Of a stretch of 64,000 nt of DNA, positions 54,166 through 63,148 are shown in pieces. A model generated the notes under the pieces. The model worked only from the letters and a program-made list of their open reading frames with translations, was not told the origin of the DNA and ran no database searches. The DNA is from Minisyncoccota bacterium. Its GTDB lineage: Bacteria; Patescibacteriota; Minisyncoccia; Minisyncoccales; RBG-13-42-11. The position numbers were made by a program, and so were the translations under genes. Each line of letters opens with the position of its first letter. Positions within the stretch are counted from its first letter, which is position 1. Where the stretch lies: the NCBI GenBank assembly GCA_016782605.1, contig JADHYE010000003.1, positions 6,852 to 70,851 of the forward strand. Reading direction: 5' to 3'.

Positions 54166-55413
54166 TTATTTTTTAACCTTTTTGGTCTCTTTCTTTTTTG
54201 GTTTCTTTGTTTCTTTTTTCTCTTTTGGTTCCTCTTCTTTCTTTTCTTCTTTTTTTTCTTCTCCGGCATAGCCCTCTGCTTTAACGTCTATTTTCCAACC
54301 AGTTAGCTTAGCTGCTAATCTTACGTTTTGTCCGTCTTTGCCGATAGCCAAGGACAACTGGTCTTCAGGAACAATAACTATGGCTTTGCTTTTCGGCATT
54401 ATCTTCACTTCCAGGACTTTGGCCGGAGAAAGGGAATTGGCAATGTATTTTTCCGAGTCTGGCGAGTACTCGATAATATCGATCTTTTCTCCTCCCAATT
54501 CATTAATTACCGCCATAACCCTTGTTCCTTTCTGACCAACCATGGAACCTATCGGGTCTATTCCTTCGGTTTCGGAACTGACAGCTATCTTTGAACGAAA
54601 ACCCGCTTCTCTGGCAATTGACTTTATCTGGACCTGGCCTGAAGAAACTTCCGGAGCTTCAAGTTCAAAAAGCTTTGAAATTAATTTAGGATAAGCTCTT
54701 GATAAAAGTATGACAGGACCCCTGGGCGTTTCTTCAACTTTTAAAAGAAAAACTTTAAGGCGCTGTCCGGGCCTGTAGAATTCCCCTGGCACCTGCTCTT
54801 CCCTGGGCAAGATTCCCAAGGTTTTGCCGATATCCATAAAAACATTCCTTCCTTCGATTCTCTGGACAATGCCTGAAACTATTTCTCCTTCTTTTGATTT
54901 GTATTCCGTAAAAATGCTTTCTTTTTCAGCTTCCCTTATCTTTTGCAAGATAACCTGTTTTGCGGTTTGGGCGGCGATCCTGCCGTAATCCTTTTTTTCT
55001 TCCAAATCAGTTTCCAGCTCTTCGCCAACTTTTATTTTAGAATTTATCTTTTTGGCTTCTTCGAACATAATGTGCTTTTCCAAATTAAAGCGGATCTTTT
55101 TATCTTCTGCTTCGGATATTAATCCTTCTTCTTTGCGCCTCGTCGGCGCATCCGCTGAAGAGGCGGACATTTTCTCCAATTCTTCTTCCGAATAAATCAT
55201 TTTCTTGTCTACGACTATCTTTACTTGTTTAAACTGAACGTCGCCTGATTCCGGATCAAGTTTGGCTTTGATTATCTGGCCCTTTTTCCCGTAGTCTTTT
55301 TTATAGGCTGCGGCAATGGCTACCTCAATGGTTTCCAAAACCTTTTCAGGCGAGATGCTTTTTTCTTCGGCGATCTGGGCGATGGCCGACATGAAATTTT
55401 TAATGTCAAACAT
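54166..55413 (-). CDS. nusA: transcription termination/antitermination factor NusA with Lys/Glu-rich tail
   Basis: N-terminal domain, S1 domain and two KH domains ([22 protein letters not shown]). Confidence 0.9.
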   Translation of the reverse strand: MFDIKNFMSAIAQIAEEKSISPEKVLETIEVAIAAAYKKDYGKKGQIIKAKLDPESGDVQFKQVKIVVDKKMIYSEEELEKMSASSADAPTRRKEEGLISEAEDKKIRFNLEKHIMFEEAKKINSKIKVGEELETDLEEKKDYGRIAAQTAKQVILQKIREAEKESIFTEYKSKEGEIVSGIVQRIEGRNVFMDIGKTLGILPREEQVPGEFYRPGQRLKVFLLKVEETPRGPVILLSRAYPKLISKLFELEAPEVSSGQVQIKSIAREAGFRSKIAVSSETEGIDPIGSMVGQKGTRVMAVINELGGEKIDIIEYSPDSEKYIANSLSPAKVLEVKIMPKSKAIVIVPEDQLSLAIGKDGQNVRLAAKLTGWKIDVKAEGYAGEEKKEEKKEEEPKEKKETKKPKKKETKKVKK

Positions 55414-55557
55414 GGAGTTTTTATGAAATAAAAACGAACATGAAAAAGAGGATTTATCCTCTTTGACTATATGCTTTTAAAAAGTGCCCGCAACTTTTGC
55501 GGACTAATTAAATGATAGCAAAACAAAACAAACCGTCAATAGGGAAAATATCAAATG

Positions 55558-55629
55558 TGGACCCGGGCGGATTTGAACCGCCGACTTCCGCGATGCGAAC
55601 GCGGCGTTCTACCACTGAACTACAGGCCC
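55558..55629 (-). tRNA. tRNA-Ala(CGC)
   Basis: Acceptor GGGCCTG/CGGGTCC with G3:U70, loop TTCGCAT. Confidence 0.9.
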
Positions 55630-55634
55630 AGCTT

Positions 55635-55705
55635 TCGGGGTGCTGGGAATTGAACCCAGACCGCAGAGTCCCGAACCCTGTATACTGCCGTTATACTACA
55701 CCCCG
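55635..55705 (-). tRNA. tRNA-Pro(CGG)
   Basis: Acceptor CGGGGTG/CACCCCG, loop TTCGGGA. Confidence 0.9.
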
Positions 55706-55711
55706 TCTAAT

Positions 55712-57190
55712 TTAAGTAACCCAGTATTTTTTCTTTGTCATTTCGTCTCTCTTGGTCTCTATTTTTTCTCTTTCTGCTTTTGCTTTTGAAGAAAAAGAGA
55801 TAATTTCCTTTTCCGATAATTCACCTAACTTTTTAATCTCTTTTTCCAGAAATTCTTTTTTGTTCTTTTCAGGATCAGCTAAAACGTAACTTAATAAAAT
55901 ATCCAGTATCTGGCCTACTTTCGGCCCTGATTTGATATCCAAAACCTTCATCACGTCTTTTCCGTTGGCCTTCAGCATTTTAGCTGAAATCGGATCCTGG
56001 GAAACCTTGTCAATTATATATTTCAAATGCCTTAATTTGTAAGGTTCAGCCTTGGGAACGCCAGAGCCTATCCTGTCTGCCATTCTCACCTGTAAGAGCT
56101 CTTCCATGTTTTCCGGACCTGCTTCGCGGACCAATCGCCTGACCGAACCTTCGCCGACCTCTTCAGGATTATAGTAGAAAAGATGGTATCTGACCAGCCT
56201 GACTATCTTTTCAATGTCTTTTTTGGGAAATTTCAAACGGTTCAATATTTGATAAGTCATTTTCGCTCCGATTATCTCGTGGCTGTAAAAAGTAGAATCC
56301 TGGCCTTTTCCTCTCTTGGATCTCGGCTTGCCGACATCATGAAACAAAGCAGCCATTCTTACGTGCTTGTTGAAATTCTTTTTGGCTGCATAATCCAAAG
56401 ATTTCAGATAGTGGTCATAGCATTCATATATATGATGCTTGTTCTGGGAAACTTTGTATCCTTCTTCCAGTTCCGGAATAATATACTTTAACAATCCCAA
56501 TCCCCTTAAAAGATCTATGCCCTCAGCTGCCCTTTCTGACATGACAATTTTTATTAATTCGTCTCTGATTCTTTCTTTGGAAATTTCCTGAAGGAGCAAG
56601 GCATTCTTTTTTATGGCTTGAGCTGTTTTTTGCTCAATCTGCCATTTGGCAAAACCGTTTAAAGTGGTGAAAAATCTGACTCCTCTCATCATACGCAAGG
56701 CATCTTCTGAAAAGCGCTTTTGCGGATCGCCGACTGCCCTGATTAATCTTGCTTTTAAGTCTTTTTGCCCGTTAAAAGGATCTTCTATATCATATTCCTT
56801 GCCTTTTAAGGCTAAAGCAATGGCATTGACTGTAAAATCCCTTCTTGCCAAATCTTCTTTTATGGTTTTAGCGAATTTAACTTCGTCAGGATGCCGTTTG
56901 TCGCTGTATTTCGCTTCAGAACGGTAAGTTGTAATTTCAACTTCTTTCAGTTCTTTGGCTTTACTATTGGTCTTAACAGTCACTGTCAGGAATTTGTTCT
57001 CGTAAAAGCTCTTTGAAAACAGTTTTTGTATTTCTTTTGGTTTGGCGTTGGTAGCAATGTCCCAGTCTTCCGGCTTAGCTTTTCTTAAAATATCCCTGAG
57101 GCAACCGCCAACAATATAAGCCTGAAAACCAGCTTTTTTCAGTTTTTCAATAATAGTTTTTACCTCTTTTGGAATCAGCATACCCCGCAT
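55712..57190 (-). CDS. cca: CCA-adding tRNA nucleotidyltransferase with HD domain
   Basis: IVGGCLRD, DWDIAT and HD motif LFHDVGKP. Start chosen at ATG 57190, 5 nt after GGAGG. Confidence 0.85.
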   Translation of the reverse strand: MRGMLIPKEVKTIIEKLKKAGFQAYIVGGCLRDILRKAKPEDWDIATNAKPKEIQKLFSKSFYENKFLTVTVKTNSKAKELKEVEITTYRSEAKYSDKRHPDEVKFAKTIKEDLARRDFTVNAIALALKGKEYDIEDPFNGQKDLKARLIRAVGDPQKRFSEDALRMMRGVRFFTTLNGFAKWQIEQKTAQAIKKNALLLQEISKERIRDELIKIVMSERAAEGIDLLRGLGLLKYIIPELEEGYKVSQNKHHIYECYDHYLKSLDYAAKKNFNKHVRMAALFHDVGKPRSKRGKGQDSTFYSHEIIGAKMTYQILNRLKFPKKDIEKIVRLVRYHLFYYNPEEVGEGSVRRLVREAGPENMEELLQVRMADRIGSGVPKAEPYKLRHLKYIIDKVSQDPISAKMLKANGKDVMKVLDIKSGPKVGQILDILLSYVLADPEKNKKEFLEKEIKKLGELSEKEIISFSSKAKAEREKIETKRDEMTKKKYWVT

Positions 57191-57335
57191 ATCAACCTCC
57201 AGAACCAAACGCTTATTCGCAAGATTGATTCTGAATTAATTAATTATTATATCCCCTTCATACCGCCGCCAGTTGCATTTATTGTGTTGCGTTTGGTTTG
57301 TTTTGCGAATAACTGGAGGTTGTATTACGGGGCAT
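57183..57335 (-). promoter_or_regulatory. structured 5' leader of cca sequestering SD and start codon
   Basis: The 5' arm CCCCGTAATACAACCTCCAG (57332-57313) pairs at 17 of 20 positions with CTGGAGGTTGATATGCGGGG (57202-57183). Two crossing 10-bp inner helices lie between. Confidence 0.55.
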
Positions 57336-57341
57336 ATTCTC

Positions 57342-57370
57342 ATCTTATCTTAAAAACTTGTTTTTTTCAA
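57342..57370 (-). promoter_or_regulatory. candidate promoter for the cca leader
   Basis: On the minus strand: TTGAAA, a 17-nt spacer, then TAAGAT. This places the start near the 5' arm of the leader helix. Confidence 0.45.
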
Positions 57371-57400
57371 TTAATCTGCTATCATTAGAAAATGATGCGC

Positions 57401-57472
57401 GCCCCCGTGGCGTAATGGATAGCGTGTAAGTCTTCGGAACTTAAGGTGAGGGTTCGAATCCTTCCGGGGGCA
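57401..57472 (+). tRNA. tRNA-Arg(TCG)
   Basis: Acceptor GCCCCCG/CGGGGGC, stem TAAGT/ACTTA, loop CTTCGGA. Confidence 0.85.
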
Positions 57473-57479
57473 CAGACAA

Positions 57480-57546
57480 GCCCCTGTATCTCAATTGGTA
57501 GAGCAGATCCCTCTTAAGGATAAGGTTCCGCGCCTGTCCCGCACCA
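57480..57546 (+). pseudogene. truncated duplicate of tRNA-Lys(CTT) (5' two-thirds only)
   Basis: A 38-nt stretch CTCAATTGGTAGAGCAGATCCCTCTTAAGGATAAGGTT matches the intact gene. There is no T-loop and no acceptor 3' strand. Confidence 0.7.
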
Positions 57547-57551
57547 ATTAT

Positions 57552-57624
57552 GCCCTGCTAGCTCAATTGGTAGAGCAGATCCCTCTTAAGGATAAGGTTG
57601 CAGGTTCGAGCCCTGCGCGGGGCA
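57552..57624 (+). tRNA. tRNA-Lys(CTT)
   Basis: Acceptor GCCCTGC/GCGGGGC, loop CTCTTAA and T-arm GCAGG-TTCGAGC-CCTGC. Confidence 0.9.
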
Positions 57625-57650
57625 CAGCAATAATTTTTAAACAAAAACAT

Positions 57651-57917
57651 ATGCTTTCACAACAAGAAAAAGAAAAAATAATCAAAAATTACAAGTTGCA
57701 CGACGTAGATACCGGTTCTCCGGAAGTGCAGGTTGCTTTATTAACCGAAGAAATAAAACAGCTGCTTTTGCATTTAAAAATGCACGCCAAAGACGTCCAC
57801 TCAAAAAGAGGACTATTGAAAATGGTTTCAAAAAGGAGAAGCCTGCTCGGTTATTTAAAGAAGGAAAGTGCAAAAAGATATAACAGTATAATCAAAAAAA
57901 TAGGATTGAAAAAATAA
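57651..57917 (+). CDS. rpsO: 30S ribosomal protein S15
   Basis: [48 protein letters not shown]. The tracked ORF is extended over the tRNAs, so the start was moved to ATG 57651. Confidence 0.9.
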   Translation: MLSQQEKEKIIKNYKLHDVDTGSPEVQVALLTEEIKQLLLHLKMHAKDVHSKRGLLKMVSKRRSLLGYLKKESAKRYNSIIKKIGLKK

Positions 57918-57919
57918 AC

Positions 57920-58426
57920 ATGGTTATCAAACATTCAGGCCAAAGAGTGGCCGTATTGATCGACGTTCAAAATCTTTACCATTCTGCTAAAAATCTGCAT
58001 GGAGCCCGAGTTAACTTCGGAGCCATTTTAAAAGTGGCTGTTTCCAACAGAAACCTAATCAGGGCTTTTGCCTATGTCGTCAAAACAAAGACTGGGGAAG
58101 AAAAACCTTTTTTTGAAGCTTTGATAAAACTGGGCATTGAAACCAGGGTCAGGGATCTGCAGGAGTTTTTCGGAGGATTAAAAAAAGCTGACTGGGATGT
58201 CGGCATTACGGTTGACGCTATAAGAATCTCCCAGAGCTGCGATGCTATTGTTTTGTGCTCAGGGGACGGCGACTTCTTCCAATTAGTGGAATATCTGAAA
58301 AACCAAGGAAAAAGAGTGGAAGTTGTTGCTTTCGGCAAATCATCTTCTTCCAAGCTGAGAGAATCAGTTGATGAATTCGTTGATTTGGAAGAAAATCTGG
58401 ACAAATATTTATTAAAAACAAGATAA
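57920..58426 (+). CDS. NYN-domain (LabA-like) protein
   Basis: VAVLIDVQNLYHS, DWDVGITVDA and VLCSGDGDF. Confidence 0.8.
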   Translation: MVIKHSGQRVAVLIDVQNLYHSAKNLHGARVNFGAILKVAVSNRNLIRAFAYVVKTKTGEEKPFFEALIKLGIETRVRDLQEFFGGLKKADWDVGITVDAIRISQSCDAIVLCSGDGDFFQLVEYLKNQGKRVEVVAFGKSSSSKLRESVDEFVDLEENLDKYLLKTR

Positions 58427-58484
58427 TGTTCAATGAATTTTTAATAGTCGAAGAGATAAATCTCTTCTTAATTCGCTAACGCTC

Positions 58485-60653
58485 ATGAAAAAAGAAACTT
58501 TTAAATTAGAAATCGGCGGCAAAGAGTTAAAGGTTGAAATCAGCAACTTGGCTGAACAAGCTTCGGGCAGCGTTTTGGTTCAATACGGAGAAACTACTGT
58601 TTTGGCCACGGCTGTCATGTCTGACTTTGAACGGGAAGGAATTGATTTTTTCCCTTTGACTGTTGAATACGAAGAAAGATATTATGCTGCCGGCAAGATA
58701 TTAGGTTCAAGATATCTACGCAGAGAAAGCCGGCCTTCAGACGAAGCTATTCTAACTGCCAGATTCATCGACAGGGCGATAAGGCCCCGTTTTCCTAAAA
58801 ACCTGAAAAGAGAAATCCAAGTAGTGGTTACCTGCCTTTCCTGGGACGGGGAGAATGATCCTGATATTGTCGGATTGATTGCTGCTTCCATGGCTCTTTC
58901 CATTTCTGACATACCCTGGGCAGGGCCAATAGCCATTCTCAGAGTAGGCAGGGATGAAAAAGACTTTATTATCAACCCGACTTACGGAGAGCGGGAAAAA
59001 GCTGAATTGGATTTGGCCATTGCCGGACTTTCCTCGCCCTTAGCCAAGGATCTGGGCAACGATAAAGACGATGACATTTTAATCAATATGATTGAAATGG
59101 AAAGCAATGAAATAGAAGAGGACACTGTTTTGAAAGCGGTTGATTTTGCCAAGCCTTTCTTAAAAAAGCTTATTGGTTTTCAAAAAGAAATTACTCAAAA
59201 ATCCGGCAAAGAAAAAGTGGTAATCGAGAAAACTCCCAGAGACGAAAACCTGGAAAAAGACATTAGGGATTTCCTGGGAAATAAACTGGAAAAAGCTTTC
59301 TTTCAAAAAGACAAAAAAAGCCAAATGGACGAAGTCAACCAACTGAGGGATGAGCTAATTTTTCATATCCAAAGCAAGAGAGGCGAGGCGATGAGAACCT
59401 CGTTCTCATCTTCTTCTTTACCTTCGCTTTCGCTTCGCGTAAGCTCGGTTTTTGAAGAAGAAATTGAAAAAATGATCCACGAAAGCGTTATTAAATCTGG
59501 CAAAAGGCCTGATTCCAGAAAAATTGACGAGGTAAGGAACATAGAATGCGAAGTAGGATTATTGCCCAGAACCCACGGCTCAGGATTATTTGTCAGGGGC
59601 CAAACCAAAGCGCTTTCCATACTGACTTTGGGTGCTCCGGGAGACGTCAGGCTTCTTGAAGGAATGGAAACTACCGGCAAAAAAAGATTCATGCACCATT
59701 ACAACTTCCCTCCTTATTCTTCTGGCGAAGTAAAGCCGATGAGGGGCCCGGGCAGAAGAGAAATTGGCCACGGCATGCTGGCAGAAAAAGCTTTAATGCC
59801 TTTAGTGCCCGGTTTTGATAAATTTCCGTACACCATCCGTATAGTTACTGAAATCCTTTCTTCCAACGGTTCAACTTCCATGGCTTCTGTTTCAGCGGCC
59901 TCTTTGGCTTTAATGGATGCTGGCGTGCCGATAAGCAGGCCGGCTACTGGTATTGCCTTGGGGCTGATGGCTGATTTGAAAGGAAACTACAAAATATTAA
60001 CCGACATTCAGGGACCAGAAGACCACCACGGAGACATGGACTTTAAAGTCGCTGGAACGGAAAAAGGAATTACTGCCATTCAAATGGACGTTAAAATCCA
60101 GGGGATCGGCAAGGAAATTATTTCAAACGCTTTGATTCAAGCTAAAAAAGCAAGATTGCAGATTTTAAGCGAAATGACGAAAGTAATTTCCAAACCCAAA
60201 GAAAGCCTTTCTCCCCATGCTCCCAGGATATTAATTTTACAGATAAATCCTGTTAAGATAAGGGAGGTGATAGGCCCTGGCGGAAAAATAATAAATGAAA
60301 TAATCGGGGAATGCGGCGTATCAATCGACATTGAAGATTCTGGCAGAATTTTCATTACCGCTGAAAAAGAAAAGGCAGCGGAAAAAGCTGCTTCCTGGAT
60401 AAAAAATATCACCCACGAAGTCAAAGTCGGCGAAATCTTCCAGGGAAAAGTCAAAAGGATTCTGGATTTCGGCGCCTTTGTTGAAATGCTGCCAGGGCAA
60501 GAGGGCTTGGTCCATATCTCTCAGCTGGCCGATTACCACGTAAATAAAGTGGAAGACATCGTCAAAGTGGGAGATATTGTTCCGGTCAAAGTCATTTCAA
60601 TTGACGAACAAGGAAGAATCAATCTTTCTTTAAAAGAAGCTAAAAGTCAATAA
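58485..60653 (+). CDS. pnp: polyribonucleotide nucleotidyltransferase (PNPase), with a short repeat-derived insertion
   Basis: Two RNase PH domains, KH (GPGGKIINEI) and S1 (GKVKRILDFGAFVE); 722 aa. Confidence 0.95.
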   Translation: MKKETFKLEIGGKELKVEISNLAEQASGSVLVQYGETTVLATAVMSDFEREGIDFFPLTVEYEERYYAAGKILGSRYLRRESRPSDEAILTARFIDRAIRPRFPKNLKREIQVVVTCLSWDGENDPDIVGLIAASMALSISDIPWAGPIAILRVGRDEKDFIINPTYGEREKAELDLAIAGLSSPLAKDLGNDKDDDILINMIEMESNEIEEDTVLKAVDFAKPFLKKLIGFQKEITQKSGKEKVVIEKTPRDENLEKDIRDFLGNKLEKAFFQKDKKSQMDEVNQLRDELIFHIQSKRGEAMRTSFSSSSLPSLSLRVSSVFEEEIEKMIHESVIKSGKRPDSRKIDEVRNIECEVGLLPRTHGSGLFVRGQTKALSILTLGAPGDVRLLEGMETTGKKRFMHHYNFPPYSSGEVKPMRGPGRREIGHGMLAEKALMPLVPGFDKFPYTIRIVTEILSSNGSTSMASVSAASLALMDAGVPISRPATGIALGLMADLKGNYKILTDIQGPEDHHGDMDFKVAGTEKGITAIQMDVKIQGIGKEIISNALIQAKKARLQILSEMTKVISKPKESLSPHAPRILILQINPVKIREVIGPGGKIINEIIGECGVSIDIEDSGRIFITAEKEKAAEKAASWIKNITHEVKVGEIFQGKVKRILDFGAFVEMLPGQEGLVHISQLADYHVNKVEDIVKVGDIVPVKVISIDEQGRINLSLKEAKSQ
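59378..59449. repeat. partial copy of the palindromic hairpin element, in frame inside pnp
   Basis: GATGAGAAC-CTC-GTTCTCATC followed by TTCTTCTTTACCTTCGCTTTCGCTTCGCGTAAGCTCGGT; translated as ...RGEAMRTSFSSSSLPSLSLRVSSV... Confidence 0.65.
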
Positions 60654-60659
60654 ACCTCT

Positions 60660-62618
60660 ATGGAAAACAATCCTCAGCCAGAAGAAAACAAAGAAGAAAT
60701 GCTTGAGTTTTTAAAAAGGGGCGAGGCAAAAACAATGCAAAGAGACCTTGCCAAGCTGAGGGAGGGAGAAGCTGAAAAAGAAAAAACAAGAGTGGCTGCT
60801 TTGGGGGAAGTGAAAAAGGAAGCGCCAACAGAAAAACCAGGGGTTCTTTTGCCGAGAGAAGGCGCTATTCTACCGAAAGAAGCAGCTGCAGAAGAAGCTC
60901 CTCAAACCTTAATTCCCCAAACGCAAAAACCATCATCTTCTTTCAAAAAAATCCTGATCAGAATATCAGCTGTTGTTATTATTTTACTTCTTGTTGGTTT
61001 TTTCTACTGGCTTTTTGCTGTAGGCAAATTGCCCAAAGGAGAAATAGCCAGGCCGGAAACAGAAATTGTAACGGAAGCCACGCCGACCGAGGAAGTCGTC
61101 GAGGAACCAAAAATTGTCATTCCTGTTTCCTTGATTTCAACTGGCTCTACTGAAACCATGGAGATTACGAATGCAGCAGCCATCCCCCAGATGTTTCCCC
61201 AGATTATGCAAAAAACCTATGAGGATGGATATGCGAGGATTCTTTTCCAAAATACGGCAGAAAACAAAATTGTCGGTTTAAATGAATTTCTCGGAGCATT
61301 TGCGGTGAAAATTCCAGAAGAAGTTTTAGCCGGATTAGAAGATGACTTTACTTTATTTATCTACTCAAGCAAGGGAGTTAACCGCCTGGGCTTTATAACA
61401 AAAACAAAAGGAGATATTTCTCCTTTAATGATTTCTTGGGAATTGACAATGGAAACAGATACAGAAACCCTCTTTGCCGCTCTGGGCAAAGAAACTAAGG
61501 CCCTGGCTTCTTCTTTCAAAAACAGCTCTTACCAGGGAAAAAGCTTCAGATTTCTGACCATTTCCAAAGAAGATTTCGGAATCTGCTACACCCTGCTTGA
61601 TGATTACTTTGTTTTTGCCACCTCTTTTGAAAGCATGAAAAAAACGTTTGAGGCAGTAGATGCGGTAAAACTGGAAAAACAAATCGGCCAGCTATTTATT
61701 GTCGGATTTGACGGAACCACTTTAACGACTGAACTGGCAGATTTCTTTAAAAAATACAGGCCAGGAGGCGTTCTTTTGCTGTCAAAAAACATTGAAAACG
61801 AGGAGCAGTTAAAAAAACTCATTGGCGATTTGCAAATTCTTTCTTTACAGGAAACCGGCCTGCCTCTTTTTGTCGCTGTTGACCAGGAGGGCGGCACTAT
61901 TTCCAGGATAGACTTCCTCCAGGAAAAAACTGCTCAGTCGGAAATTGAATCAGTTGACCGGGCTTTTCAAATAGGTTCAACAAGAGGCCAAGAATTGAAA
62001 GAATTGGGAATAAATCTCAATCTGGCTCCGCTTTTGGACCAAGTCCAAGAAGGAGATTTTCTTTTTGAAAGAACCTTTGAAAAGGATGCGCTAACTTCAG
62101 GCAATTTGGCAAAATCTTTCGTTGACGGCCAGAAGGGTGCTGGCATTCTGACTGCTATAAAACACTTCCCTGGGTACTCCGGAATCGCTTTTAACCCCGA
62201 GGAGTCCTTAGCTGAAATAAGCACATTGCCTGTAATATCCCAATTTAAAAAAGCAATGCAGGCTAACCCAGAATTCGTCATGACTGCCAATATGGTATAT
62301 ACCAATCTGGACACTTCCTTACCTTTTGCCTTTTCTTCAAATGCCATCCAGTATTTAAAGAATAACTTGGGCTCAAAAGTAATAATTATGACAGACGATT
62401 TGGCGCAAACCTATCTTTCGGACAAATTCTCTTTAAAGGATATTGTGACAAAACCGATTGAAGCTGGCGTTGATGTCATGATTTTTTCCGGCTGGGAGAT
62501 AGGCGCAGCAGAAGGCCTGGATGCTTTTGCTGATGCTTTCAGAAACGGAGAAATATCCAAAGATAAAGTGGAAGCAGCCATATTAAAGATTATTAATATT
62601 AAAAACAGCTTAATGTAA
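60660..62618 (+). CDS. membrane-anchored glycoside hydrolase family 3 (NagZ-like beta-N-acetylhexosaminidase) with extra N-terminal domain
   Basis: GQLFIVGFDG, VAVDQEGGTISR and KHFPGYS, with an N-terminal TM helix. Confidence 0.75.
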   Translation: MENNPQPEENKEEMLEFLKRGEAKTMQRDLAKLREGEAEKEKTRVAALGEVKKEAPTEKPGVLLPREGAILPKEAAAEEAPQTLIPQTQKPSSSFKKILIRISAVVIILLLVGFFYWLFAVGKLPKGEIARPETEIVTEATPTEEVVEEPKIVIPVSLISTGSTETMEITNAAAIPQMFPQIMQKTYEDGYARILFQNTAENKIVGLNEFLGAFAVKIPEEVLAGLEDDFTLFIYSSKGVNRLGFITKTKGDISPLMISWELTMETDTETLFAALGKETKALASSFKNSSYQGKSFRFLTISKEDFGICYTLLDDYFVFATSFESMKKTFEAVDAVKLEKQIGQLFIVGFDGTTLTTELADFFKKYRPGGVLLLSKNIENEEQLKKLIGDLQILSLQETGLPLFVAVDQEGGTISRIDFLQEKTAQSEIESVDRAFQIGSTRGQELKELGINLNLAPLLDQVQEGDFLFERTFEKDALTSGNLAKSFVDGQKGAGILTAIKHFPGYSGIAFNPEESLAEISTLPVISQFKKAMQANPEFVMTANMVYTNLDTSLPFAFSSNAIQYLKNNLGSKVIIMTDDLAQTYLSDKFSLKDIVTKPIEAGVDVMIFSGWEIGAAEGLDAFADAFRNGEISKDKVEAAILKIINIKNSLM

Positions 62619-62992
62619 TGGACAAAAAACTGCTGAATCAGTTAAAAGAAAAGTTAGAACAGGAAAAAAAGAACATTGAATCGCAATTGGAAAAATTCGC
62701 CAAGAAAGACGACAAGGTCAAGGGAGACTGGGATACACGCTTTCCCAGCTTTGACGGCGGCGAATCGGGCTCAGCCGCTCTGGAAAAAGCGGCAGACGAA
62801 GTGGAAGAATACAGCACGCTTTTGCCCTTGGAATACAATCTGGAAAACCAGCTAAAAGACATTAATCTGGCTTTAGATAAAATAACAAAAGGCACTTACG
62901 GAAAATGCGAAAACTGCAAAGGAGAAATAGATAAAGAAAGGCTGAAAGTTTATCCTGCAGCCAGGCTTTGCATGAAGTGCGAAGGAAAATAG
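62618..62992 (+). CDS. DksA/TraR-family C4 zinc-finger protein
   Basis: CENCKGEI....RL...P.ARLCMKC at the C-terminus. Confidence 0.75.
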   Translation: MDKKLLNQLKEKLEQEKKNIESQLEKFAKKDDKVKGDWDTRFPSFDGGESGSAALEKAADEVEEYSTLLPLEYNLENQLKDINLALDKITKGTYGKCENCKGEIDKERLKVYPAARLCMKCEGK

Positions 62993-63006
62993 TATATATA
63001 TGTATT

Positions 63007-63036
63007 AAAAAACGCCTCGATCAAGAGGCTTTTTTG
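63007..63036. terminator. bidirectional intrinsic terminator
   Basis: AAAAAACGCCTC-GATCAA-GAGGCTTTTTTG lies between convergent genes. Confidence 0.75.
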
Positions 63037-63148
63037 TTTTAACCATAAAATCAATTAGAATAATTGCTGACCTAAATAGTACAGAATATGTTTTATATGA
63101 CCGTCCGTAAAAAGAGTTAGTATATAAATCGCAATAGGCATGGAATTT

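Noticed and set aside
55512-55715. 67-aa plus-strand ORF
   Set aside because: It is antisense to tRNA-Ala(CGC) and tRNA-Pro(CGG).
57240-57290. T-box riboswitch in the cca leader (AACTGGCGGCGGTATG versus the T-box GGTGGTACCGCG)
   Set aside because: Only a loose resemblance exists. No specifier loop, no stem I features and no terminator/antiterminator pair of the T-box type are present.
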